DNA of 64,000 bases, from contig MNCI01000270.1 of the NCBI GenBank assembly GCA_015680685.1, forward strand, positions 691,854 through 755,853. Reading direction: 5' to 3'. The notes below the pieces were generated by a model. That model searched no databases. It was not told the DNA's origin and saw only the letters and a list, made by a program, of their open reading frames with translations. A program made the translations under genes and the position numbers. Origin of the DNA: Gnetum montanum (lineage: Eukaryota > Plantae > Gnetophyta). Within the stretch, counting starts at the first letter, position 1. Every line of letters begins with the position of its first letter. Of this stretch, positions 52,252 through 64,000 are shown one piece after another.

Positions 52252-55200
52252 ATGATTTCCTCAAGCACCATTGCTACCACCTCTAACATTGAGGTTCCCT
52301 TCATGATTCAAGGCATCGTAGGTGCCAAACGGCCACCCAGCCCAGTTTGGGGCCACATCGATCCCTCAGGATCCAAAACTGGGCACCTAAGGGCTTAACC
52401 CAGCAATATGAGTGATATAACTTTCTCTGAGCTAAGGTGCAAGAAAAATTTTCCTTAGATGCACAAGAACTTGAAGACAAACGTAGCTTTGAGTTTGCTT
52501 ACTATGATGGGAGGGAATTTTTTCCCACTTCTGGTGTTTCCATCCCTTCAGTGGAAATGAACCAATGGCTCATAGATTAGCTGATCTAGGTCATTAGGCC
52601 TAGGTAGCTACAAGACACAACCTCTCACCATGATGAGATGTTCCAAGATAGGCAGGAGGAACTGGATTCCTAATCTAAGGGTGGGGGTCAAACTAACCCT
52701 ACCACCATTCCTCCCACCCCGTTCTTCTTGAAAAACCTACTCTCTACTGTTTCTCCCTTCATGATCATGTCTACATCATCACAACCCCCGATTACATCAG
52801 CAATGGGTAGCAATTTCATGTCCTCGGCGTATCAATGCCCCTATTCCCATGTTTCATTCTTAGCCACTATTCCTTTGCATAATGTTCATCAATCCATTCC
52901 TACATCCCATGATGCACCGATCATGGCTACCCTGCTCCACGTTCACACTATACCTACTTTGTAGTTGCATGTAGTCTCTACCTCCATTTCTGCATTTACA
53001 CCTGTACCATCGTCAGCGGCAGGCCCAGGCCCATCCACGCGGTAGACCCCATTCACTTCTCCTCCTATTTTGCAATCGTCATAGATGTCTTGCTACGCTA
53101 GCCAAAAAACCTACCAAGTCCCACAAACAATACAACCTAGCGTACGACTCTAGTGTATCCCACTAGCCACAAAAATAGTCTACCACATAGCGTAACCCTC
53201 GATTGCTACTAAAATAGCACCACCTACTAGGTGTTGGATAGCGCAAGCAACATCGTTCACAGGGGTCACCCCAATAGCACCACCTATGGGTCACGTTGCT
53301 GCCCCTGCCACACCATAGATGGGAGCTACCTCGGTAGTTCCCCAATCATCCACATCATCTCTAGGTTTGGATCAAGCATTCCAGCTTATCCAAACCCTTA
53401 CAGAGGAAATAAAATGCCTTAAGGCTATTGGTTCTAATACGGTATAAGTCATGGACTTCTACCAGGATGATCCCATTAGTCCAACAATCCTTGCACTAAC
53501 TTTACCCCCTGGGATGCCACTTTTCCACTTCACAAAATACAGTGGGAAGGGTGATTCCAATGCACATCTTGTCACATTCAGGTCTGAGTCCCTTCTTTTG
53601 CAACAATGGCCACATACAATCATTCATGTCTTTGCTATGTCTCTAATCGGAGAAGCCCTAGACTGGTACCGTGCCCTTCCATGCTCATCCATATCAACCC
53701 TAGAGGAGCTCCTAACCTAGTTTGTGATGTGTTTCAAGTATAAATTAAGACCAGAAGTCATGCTAGATCAGTTGATGAGTGTGAAACAAGATCCACTAGA
53801 ACCAGTCTAGAAATTTATATAGCATTGGAGTGCTACCCCTAATGAGATCTACGAGCCCATCGCGGAGGTCCATTTGCTAGCCATCTTTAAGTGTGCGATG
53901 AAAAAATTTATCAAGTCCAAGCTGTACTATCTCACTCCACGCACTCTTAGTCAGGCTTTTGCCTAGACTAAGAGCATACAAGATGTGGATGAGGCAAGCA
54001 AAGACCTAGCCTATATTGCATAAAAGAATACCTTCACTAAGAAGGACAAAGACAAGGGTAAGGCTGCAATAGCCACAGTGGTCGTTGTGGTGAATGAGGC
54101 CAAATCCAACAACAACAATAACAAGAATAATAAGAAACTGGTCAAATCTACAACTAAACTCATTCCCAAACAGGGCAATGCACCTCAACCTTTCACATCC
54201 TCACCTGAAGAATCTACACCACCTAAACCAAACTTTGAGCATAAAGATCACTCAAAGTATACCCCGTTGCCTATCAAGCCTTTAGATCTTCTAAAGTAAT
54301 TACTAGAGGCTAGGTACATCCAACACAAGCAGATGTCAAAGGAGGAATCTAGGAAGCATTAGTGGTACTGTGAACTCCTTAGGAATCCCTCTTTGGCTTT
54401 GCCCAATGAGCCCCCAGTTCCTAAGGGTTTTAGGTTGGAGCGATTCTATGACTACCATCAATAGTGTGGTCATGACATGGATTACTGCATGGCGTTAAAA
54501 GATGACATCCAAAGGATGATTGATTAGGGGAAACTGGTGCTAGAAGAAAGTAACCCAGTACATCTCGAGAATCAATCCCTGCATGTTTACATGGATCCTC
54601 TTAACGCCAATAATGCTGGTTACATTATCAACACCATTGAAATTGACAGTAATCCTAGACCATCTTGGCAACTATTTGTGGTCCATGTGCCTTAGCTTAG
54701 TGCACCAGTACCACCAACATTTAATTTAACTCTACAACAGCCATTTTTCTTGAGAGTCCCTCCTTGGGCATTCACCCCTGCACCATCTACAAGTAAAACC
54801 ATACCACTGTGTATACTAACATCATTAGCACCATTAATTATTAAGGATCGAACCCATTCAATAGTCCCCACCCTGCATAAGACATCTTCATAGCCTTCTC
54901 ATCCTAAGAAACAAGAAGTGTGCTTCATGGGTGAGACGTCAAGGGAAAGTACCATCCTAGGTACTTCCAAGCCTACATCCCCACCCCCTACATCTATGTC
55001 CTCGTAGCTAAAAGATAACATTGCTATGCATGCACAGTCTTTGACACCTCACCCAAAAGGGTCTAAACCTAGGCCCGAAGCTATCTCTCCTTAGGAAATT
55101 CATCTCCTAGGATGAATGGAAGAGGAGAAAAGCAGTAAAAAGGAAGGTGGCCAAGACCTTTTGAGTGCTCTCACTCAAGTCAAGCAAGCTTTGAAATAGA

Positions 55201-56110
55201 AAAATACTACACTGAGCCTATGTGACCTAATCATGACATCTACTACACACCATGAGGCTTTGTTCCACATATTAACAACAATTCCATTTGAAGAGAACAT
55301 GCCAATAGAAGAGAAAGTAATCCACTCGGTCATTCTTCCTTCTGCACCTAAAAAAACCCCACCATCCCAATTGACTTTTTGTGATGATTCATTTAGGGAA
55401 GACCTTGAAAAGGGTCAGGTTACTACAGCACCCCTCTTCATCACAATTCAAGTTGTTCAATGTAAGATCCAAAGGGTACACGTAGATGATGGGGCCTCTA
55501 CAAACATCATCCTTTTTCTTATTGTGGATAAGCTGGGTTCGGTTGACTAGATCAGACCCACAACAATGTCATGCTTAAAGTCATTCAATGGGGCATGGGT
55601 CGTGGTGAAAGGCATGGTCCACATTGCCTTCGTGACAGGGGATCAGTTCCCCACAAATGCAACGTTCAACGTGGTCGAAGAGATGCCCGGGTTTAACCTG
55701 ATCTTGGAGAGGTCATGGTTAGTGCAACTTAGGACTATCTTTTCACCCATTCATCAAGAGATCCATCTACCCTATGTAGGCATGGAGGTGGTAATCCATG
55801 ATGATGAGGTAGCAACACAAGCTATCAACAACGTAGATATGGAACAGGGCTCAGAGGTCATAACCTCTGAGAATGAAGTGCCTATCTCTGTAGATACTAA
55901 TCGTTCAACAAGAGAGCTAACTTAGCATGCCAGTTCAGAAAATGAAAATGCATGGACTAAGTTTCCCTTCCAAGTAGAGGAAAATGATGTAGATGAAGGC
56001 CGTAGCAAAGCGTCTTGACCTTACACCTTGCCCAATCCACGATGGATCAAGAAGCAGTTACACATAGCGTAGCAACCCCACTACTTCTTGCCCAGTTGGC
56101 ATCCTTTGTA
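52252..56110 (+). pseudogene. gag: Element E gag-protease
   Basis: FTKYSGKGDSNAHL...EALDWYRALPCSSISTLEEL, GHDMDYCMALKDDIQ, VHVDDGASTNII, FNLILERSWL. Confidence 0.92.
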
Positions 56111-56204
56111 AAATTACCACCTTTTAGTTTTGCATCCATCCATCTATGCTAGATACCAATTAGCTATTCTCTAAATCGTTAGCATATCATTTTTTTACCA
56201 TCCC

Positions 56205-56390
56205 ATGGCCCGAAATGGCCTAAAACTAGCGATGGCCCAAAATGGCCTAAAAATGAAAAAATTTTCTCTATTTACATCATGTACGATGGCCTGAAATGGT
56301 CTAAAACTAGCAATGGCTTGAAACGACCTAAAAATAGTAGTGGCCTAAAATGGCCTAAAACTAGCGATGGCCCAAAATGGCCTAAAACTA
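56205..56390. repeat. aaatggcctaaaactagc array
   Basis: About six units between the gag-pro end and the 3' end of the accessory gene. Confidence 0.9.
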
Positions 56391-56559
56391 AAACATTAAA
56401 AACAAAAACATAAAATCGATCACATAGATAATGCATAGGCTAGCATAAGACCAATTTTCTTTCAAAATTTGCTTCTTTCATTCAAAGGTTTTTCCATCAA
56501 ACAATGTTTTCCATAGTTTTGCAAAAAATACAAAAAATTGAAAACCCATGCTGTCATAA

Positions 56560-59500
56560 GTCATTTTTGCCTACATCATCTTCAACATAAGCCTTCACAT
56601 AGCAGAAAGTGACTAACTTGAGATGACCCTACATCTTCCTTGAGGGGTATGCAATCCAAGCTGAGCCTGAGGTGGTGCCAGACCTCATCCTCCATGATAT
56701 TTACACAGTACCTATCACTTGGTTTAGCATTTGCAGCAACTTTCTCCTTTTCAACGGCCATCCATCTTGGCTGTCCCGGATAAAAGGAGGCAGTAGCAGT
56801 CACACCTATGGGGAAGATTTACTTCTCATTCAGGAGATTCATTAACCATCACCTATTCTATGAACTTGTTGTAAGCCTCAGAAGCACCAATGGCATTCAT
56901 GAATTCTTCATAGGTAAATGCCTTCACTGAAGCATCCCGGTATTGTTTGTGGTAGGTGGCATGTTCTAGTTTATACATATGCTTATGGTTTTTCCAAGAT
57001 TTTCCCCACTCGTAAACCCTTGCACTGTAGTCTTTCCAGTCCTAGTTCTTCTAAGCCAACAACTCCATTTGCATTCACTATTCTATTATCTCCTGGGTAG
57101 CCTCATTATTGCACTGCATGGCTATCCAATATCTAGCATAATCTATGATAGTTGTGCATCAACTGCCATCATTAGTATCACGATCCATGAGGAACTTATT
57201 CTTGGATTGGAGGTCTCCCACCTTGGCACTCAATTCAGCCTTCTCTTTCTCAGTCCTCTGGACCCATTTTCACAGGTCTTCATTGACACACCTACACTCC
57301 CACAAGGAATGCCCCAAGTGCAAAACACATTTTCTAGCCTCATCATATATGCAACGAGGCACCTCAGCCACTTCAGGTGAGAATGTAGGCACGATGTCAA
57401 CTTTCAATGCTTGTTTCAAGTCCCACTTGAGTTGAGAGACTATAACCACACAAAGAGCACATTAGTCATACTATCATAGCGAAGTTAGCAACTCAAGAAG
57501 TCTAGCATAGCAACCTCAAAAAATCCTAGCTTAACAACTTTACTTACCCACTTCAAGATCAACCTATCTGAGATGGCCAATCATGTCATCGACGACCCCC
57601 TACATGAAAGTAAGCTTGTCGGGGGTCTTGGCCCATGGTTCCAAGCGAATCAAGGGAGGTCCTATAGCATTAACAGTGGTTTCTATCATACAACCAAATG
57701 CATTAGTAATGACTGAGATGGACTACAATTAGGCTATGAGTAACACAAATGACAGTGTAAGGGCTCCTATCCAGTAAACCCTTGGGGGTGATAACGAGGG
57801 GATCACCGATCGACATATTATCGAATATATTGTGAAACTTACCAGCATCTAATTACAGTTCCCCTCCTTTCTGAATCAAAACTATGGTAGCACCCTTAGC
57901 ATTTGTCTACTCCCTCGATGCTAAACTACATTCAGTAGAGGGTTCTCTAGTAGAAGTCCCTTTCCGGTCGATGTGGGCTTCCACTTTATTTATTGGGGCC
58001 TTTCCTTTTAAGGCACTAGCATTCCTCTCATCTACAAGAGGCTCCTCTTCATCTCCAAAAATGTCCTCCTCTTCAGTAGGAGGGTTCTCCTCATTGAGAG
58101 GAGCCCCTTCCTTAATGGCAGGAGCTCCTTCTCTCTTGAATAGGGCCCTTTCCTCTATGACTGGGCCCCCCGTGTTTTTATTTGCTACCCCCATCTTGGG
58201 GGTCGACACCTCTTCATCACCTTCTTCTTCTTCTTCTTCTTCCTCTGGCAAGAAAAACATATTCACATTATAGCTTAAACCACATTAGCTTAAAATAGGT
58301 GCTATGCTATGCTACACTACCTAGCGTAGCACAAAGTAGCAAGCATTTAATCAAAAGACGAAGAAACAAAACAAGAATTTAATCAAAAGGAGAAGAAACA
58401 AACACAAGGAAGAGTATTCACCTATGGGAGGCTATATCCTGTGTAGCTTAAACCATAGTGATGGTCCCCCTTCCTCACCCATATGGGAAGGCTCCTTGTC
58501 TGGATGAGGCCTCTTTCACCATAGCTTAGTAACCACTGTCTCAGCTATGAGATGTTTCCCCTGGGATATGCTACCTGTAGCAGCAAGGGGCACCTCTTCC
58601 ACACTGTCCTAGCCACAGAAGTTGCAGGCCACCTGATCCTTAGTCATCATGAAAAATGACTCCCCAATAGCTTCTAGGAGATCTTGAGATCAGGTGGTCC
58701 AAAGGATTTAGCAAATCCATAGTTTGTAAATCTGGTTATGATCTTGCATAACCCAGACTCCATTCTCATGGACTACCAAAAACTCTACGATACACCACAA
58801 GCAGGCTATGTAAAAGGCATGGTGCACATTGAAATGGGACTCATGCTCCTTATGAAGTGTGACCATTTCAACTTGCAAGCCTTTGCAAAGATGCCTAGCC
58901 CAGTTGTAGTGGGCCCCTTCTTCCATNGTTATGAAGTGTGACCATTTCAACTTGCAAGCCTTTGCAAAGATGCCTAGCCCAGTTGTAGTGGGCCCCTTCT
59001 TCCATGACCTCCCACATCACCTAAGCTTGCTCAATCACAATAATCTTCCCTTGGAAAAGTAGCTTGGGAAACACATGAGCACGAAAGATGGGGTAAACAT
59101 CTTTGAAGGCTTTCAGCTTGACCTTCTCCATGAGGATTCTCTTTTGCACTTTTGCAATTCCTAACCACTCCTCAATGTCCCTCTGATGGTTTGCCTCTTT
59201 CTTGGTCTTTGATCCTATGGGGAGACCATCAGCTAGGATATCGAAAAGGTATGTGAATAGCTAGTCATTTATTTCAAGGACCACCTGCACTCCATGTACA
59301 CATGTGAGAAAGTGGTCTACCTTTTCAGAAAATAAGTCAGCTAGGGTAAGCATCTCAGTGGTAGGGATGCTCAAGTTTATGGCCAGGAAAAAATCCATGA
59401 GCCTAGCATCATGAAGGTTCTTGATCAGGGATTCCAAGGTTGTGTTGCATAACTAGTATTGGCTCTCATCTACCCCCTCCCCCCCTCGGTACTCCCGCCC

Positions 59501-60974
59501 CCCNATGGTGGAAGATCAACCAAGACATCTTCGATAGTGATTGGATTAAAGGGTGTCCATCCCCCATCCAACCAACTAGACTCCTTGCATCTATCGTAGA
59601 ACTTGGAATACCAGGTTGGGTAGGTTTTGTACTCACCCCTGCATTGACCTATCATGCCTGTGCACATATTCTCAGTGGAAGAAAACTCTCGTAGCACCAT
59701 CTATGCTAAGGCCAACACATTCATATCACCATGAAGCTTGTTCTCGTTGATGAAAAACCTGGTAACAAACACACACTATTAACATTTTACTAGCATAACA
59801 AACATTACATAGCGTAACAAAACATGTCTACAAAACTCACCCACCAGCACAATAAACGGTTCTTGGTAGGTTCTAGAGGCATGTTCCCATGTGATGGGCA
59901 ATAAACAATGTGTTGTATGAATGGTAGCAATTATACTCGGGCATTTCCCATATCCAAGGCAAACACCTCAAATTTTTTGTGAACTGACTGGATCCTTCTC
60001 CCTACTTGGTGCTAATTTCTCCATCCATCAAAAATTTCAGAATACCCTGATTTTCCCTAGGCAACAAGGTTTCTGTTATGATGGCTACTACCTCCTTCTC
60101 CAAGTGTGAACAAACGATCACACTAAAGCACTAGATGAGAAATTGCAGAAAGTCTTGCACTCCTTCCCGGAACCAAATTGCCTATTGCCCCACACATGCA
60201 TGGGGTGGAGGGATATTGGCCACTAGTTCTCTTATGCAACATAAAACCCCTACGATATCTAGGACAATCAAGATTGGCCTTAGTGCCACCCTACAAAACA
60301 AAATAGAAAATGTTAATGGCATGTTCGAGTGGAGTTCAAATATAGCGTAGAAAAATTAGCATTTAGTAGATAGCGTAGCACGATTCTCATATAGTGTAGC
60401 AAAATCAACTTAGCATAGCAAGAACAAAATTAAAGACAAATCTTTTAAAAAAGAAGAATTTAATACACTGCATCTATTCAACAAATCTACCTAACAAAGT
60501 GATTAGCATCATGTCGTGATAGAACACGTGTTACACTATCACATCATGCACGTGGCCAAACCCTCTTGAGGATCGTACACTATGCTATTTACATGTTAAG
60601 TGGCTCAAATCGTCCAAGCCTCTATGGAAATGGTAGCCATAGTGATGGCAGTCTAGGTGACATTGCATGCAACTTTAGCATAGCATCTGTATGTCTGTCA
60701 TGGTCGAAAAGGAAACAACGATGACGTAAGGGCCAAAATGACGATAACACGATGATAGAAAACAGAGATTGCAAAAATAAATTGTAGAAACAAAAACAAG
60801 AAAAGAAGAAATAATAACAGAGGTATAAGAAAACAAAGGAATCATAGTAGCCTACCAGGCCAACGATGTCTCCTCTCGCACCACGATGCATGCTTGTGAC
60901 ACACACACTAGGGTTTCTTTCACTTCATCAACCTTGGTGAGTGCCAAGTGTTTGCATTCTTTCTTGGTAGCCAT
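56560..60974 (-). pseudogene. Accessory gene copy E (nearly complete): FCP1-like HAD, PMD-like, acidic tract, coiled-coil
   Basis: Exon 1 60856-60974, exon 2 59841-60290, exon 3 from 59758, all in phase; ILIVLDIVGVL, WFREGVQDFLQFL, KNLRCLPWIWE, YNTLFIAH, YNWARHLCKGL, poly-E exon ~57845-58245. Confidence 0.78.
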
Positions 60975-61107
60975 CGTCTCACTTGCCAACTCTTTTTTCA
61001 TTGCTACATTGAATCGTCTTGCTCCTTGTTGGTAGAATCACTCTATGCTCTGAATGTGGACCTACACTATTACAATGAAAATGATGAATTTACCAGGGGT
61101 TAAACCC

Positions 61108-61234
61108 TATTTATAGCTACAATGGTGAAAAGGAAACTTGTCATTCTCTCTCCCTAATTAATGTGAGGTGTTTCATATAGTGTAGCATGCCTACCATGGT
61201 GTAGCAGCACTATTTGCATTATGGCAGGTGGGCC
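61108..61234 (-). promoter_or_regulatory. Putative promoter of the antisense accessory gene (E)
   Basis: TATAAATA on - at 61108-61115; ggtgggcc at 61227-61234. Confidence 0.6.
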
Positions 61235-61623
61235 TAAGCGAAAAGCCTTAACATGCTTCAAACTAGTTGTTTACCTTCACAAAAATATCGCATTAGTAGT
61301 CTGCAAAGACCTTAAACTAGTACCTTCAAAATTCCACATTCTGGTGGTCCATAACGACCTTAAACTAATACTCCAACCTGTTGGTAGTCTGCAAAGATAC
61401 TAAACTAGCAATTGTTTGCATTTTACATTAGTAGTTTGCATTTTTACTTCTAGCCGGTTTGCCACAACCTTAAACTAGCAACTCTTAAGCTTTCTATCAT
61501 ACTTTCTACTTATTTCTATTGCTCACATTTCATTGCTACTTTGCAAATTTTCACTATGCAGAGTTACTACAAATAGGTACCTCTTGACTAGACTTTCATC
61601 TCATTTTGGCAGGTTGAGCAAGA

Positions 61624-64000
61624 ATGGAAATCCATCATGATCTCTATTCACCTTTAAATTTAAGAAGTCTACATGGCGAACTCACAAGACAAGTGAACCT
61701 AGAGCTAATAGACTGGGAATCACCTGCAGTTAGCACTGTAGCATCCTTAGAGGCATCCCCAAACTAGCCTGAGCATCTGGTCCAAGCCCTAGATTTAGAG
61801 GCTAAGGATGTAACTGAAGACCCTCTCATCAAAATGCCTATGACCACATCCATGAGGGAGATAAAAATGTAGAAACTTAGTTCCCTCCTAGATTCACAGA
61901 CACACAAATATGTAGCCAAAATTCTTCAAGATAACATTGAAGTCGTTGCATGGTCATACAGTGAGATGTTGGGTTTAGATCTGAGGTTGATATACCACAA
62001 CATTGTCTTAGATCCATGCATGAAAGCAATTAAGCAAAAGGCTCACATGGTTAAACTAGAGATTGCACTAGTCGTATGGGATGAAATCACCAAGGTATCT
62101 CAGGCTGGTTTCATCTGAGTAGTTGATTACTCAGAATGGGTGTTTAACATCATTGTAGTTTCTAAGAAAATGGGAGGAATACGAATCTATATAGACTTCT
62201 GGGATCTGAACAAGGAAATGATCAAAGATGATTTCCCACTTTTGAGCATCGATTAACTCATTGACACTATGACTGGTCATGCTCTATTATCCTTTATGGA
62301 TGGTTTCTCTAGCTACAACCAAATTCATACTAACTCAGAGCATCAGTTAACAATAACCTTTATGACCCCATGGGGTACCTTCTATTATACTATGATGCCC
62401 TTTGGGCTCAAGAATGCCAGAGCAACCTATCAGTGAGCCATGACTTACATCTTAGAAACACTAAACGATTATGTGGATGACATAGCGGTGAAATCTAAAG
62501 AAGTTGGTGATCATCCCAATGATCTAGGTGTAGTCCTCAAGTGTTGCCAGATGCACAATTTATGCCTTAATCCAAAGAAGTGTGTCTTTGGGGTGAGAAC
62601 CGAACTCATGTTAGGGTTTGTAGTATCGGAGGTTGGAATACGAGTGGACCCTGACAAAGTCAAGGCCATCATTAATCTACCACCACCTACAAATATTAAG
62701 AAATTGCACGGGTTACAAGGTAGAGTGTAGTTCATTAGAAGGTTTATAGAAAAGTTGACTGACAAGTTACACCCCAGGCAACATCTACTAAAAAAAGGGA
62801 TGAACTTCGAATGGACACCATAGTGCCAACAAGCCTTTGATGATCTAAAGAAATACCTTTTTCACCTCCCAACTGTTTACTCACCATAGAGGGATAAGCC
62901 TTTATTCATCTACCTTGCACCTGAGACATGTCTATCATGGTATTGTTATGTTAGAAACAAGATGATAGTTCTGAGATACGAGTGTACTACCTAAGTCATG
63001 AACTAAAAGCGTATGAAGCTAAATACAATGAGGTGGAGAGAAATTGCCTTGTCTTAGTGTTTGCATTGAAGAAGTGGAGACAATACCTATTTCATAGCAA
63101 GATTAATATTATTTGCAAGAGCAATATACTTTAGGCTATTAAAACAACCTATATGAAAGTAGTAGGATAGCCTGGTGGAAAGAAATAATAGTGGAATTCG
63201 ATTTGCATTATGTCAGCCAATCATTGACAAAAGGTCAAGCTATAGCAATGCAAATTACGACCTCACCCATCAATGATTGGGCAATCATAGATCCTGAATT
63301 CCTAGAAGAGCATGTTAGCACTATCAATGCCATCCCATTGTAGCTTGAACCTACTTTACATTTAGACAGTGCCTCGACCGTGAGAGGGGGTAGTGCAGCT
63401 ACTGTCATTACGTTCCCCTCTAGGGAAATGCATCCTTTTTCTTATCATTTTTCATTCCCTTGTACAAACAACATGGTAGAGTACGAGGGGTTACTCATGG
63501 GCCTCTTAGTAGCCTAAGCATTAAGCATACAACACCTGGAGATAAACGAAGATTCACAACTAGTTGTGAATCAAATCACTAAGATCTATGCCTACAAAGC
63601 TACACACTTGAAACCCTACTACGACCTAGAAAAATGTTTGCTCAAATAATTTGCAACTATAGATGTGCAACACATGCCACACAACGAAAACTCTGTAGCA
63701 GATGTGCTGGCCACCCTAGCATTAAACATGCCACCACACTTGTTCGTAAGTTTGGTAGCCTAGATTACCAAGTGTATGGAGCCTATCACTTAGGTGGTAC
63801 ATGTAGCCTCTTTTAGTACTACAAATACCTAGGAGTGGTACTCCAACATTTAAGCCTACCTGCAACATGGTGAGCCCCCAAGTGGATTGACATCTACCTA
63901 GAGGAATGTGATCTGTAAACGTGCTCGACAATATGCACTCATGGGAGATAATGCCCTGTGCAAATGTTCCTATGATGGGATATTGCTAGCATGTGTAAAT
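61624..64000 (+). pseudogene. pol: Element E pol: RT, RNase H, archaeal-type RNase H (aRH) and start of integrase
   Basis: AWSYSEMLGLD, MPFGLKNA, YVDD, KKCVFG, KKWRQY, then aRH LDSAS...TNNMVEYEGLLMGL...EDSQLVVNQI...NENSVADVLA. Confidence 0.95.

Larger units (their letters stand above)
50120..64000 (+). mobile_element. Element E: Tat LTR retrotransposon, most complete copy, continuing beyond the window
   Basis: LTR 50120-51843, PBS 51850-51865, gag-pro, antisense accessory gene, RT-RH-aRH and start of INT. Confidence 0.92.

Noticed and set aside
58850-59005. Exact ~77-bp duplication in the PMD-like exon
   Set aside because: Straddles a single N (58927) and is absent from the other copies; assembly artefact.
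59470-59504. C-rich stretch / possible G-quadruplex
   Set aside because: Lies at a contig end next to an N and is not seen in homologous copies; likely low-quality sequence.

Overview
This 64 kb window is plant-type heterochromatin made entirely of nested, decayed Ty3/gypsy LTR retrotransposons of the Tat lineage (tRNA-Asn-type PBS TGGYGCTAGAAGGAGGG; pol order RT-RH-aRH-INT as in Ogre/Retand; no chromodomain). I found no intact host gene. Reconstructed nesting: element D (+; LTR 13159-14994) is interrupted in gag by element B (-; 16532-39516, TSD GATCT/AATCT). B is interrupted in its protease by the pol-less element F (-; 25957-33871, TSD AAACT/AAACC). D is also hit by a truncated LTR (43694-45130) and, in its RNase H, by element E (+; 50120 to beyond the window end). 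Bases 1-9420 are a diverged, deletion-bearing tandem copy of 13291-22930. The main observation is a shared family architecture: gag-protease and RT are separated by about 5.5-6.5 kb containing an antisense multi-exon gene with its own TATA promoter and phase-consistent GT-AG introns. By manual translation it encodes an FCP1/SCP(NIF)-like HAD phosphatase domain with degenerate catalytic motifs, fused to a plant-mobile-domain (PMD)-like region, an acidic tract and a coiled-coil. It is present in four copies here. A second conserved antisense ORF lies between integrase and the PPT, and the non-coding parts carry several short motif arrays. All domain calls are by-eye motif recognition and need HMM or structure confirmation.
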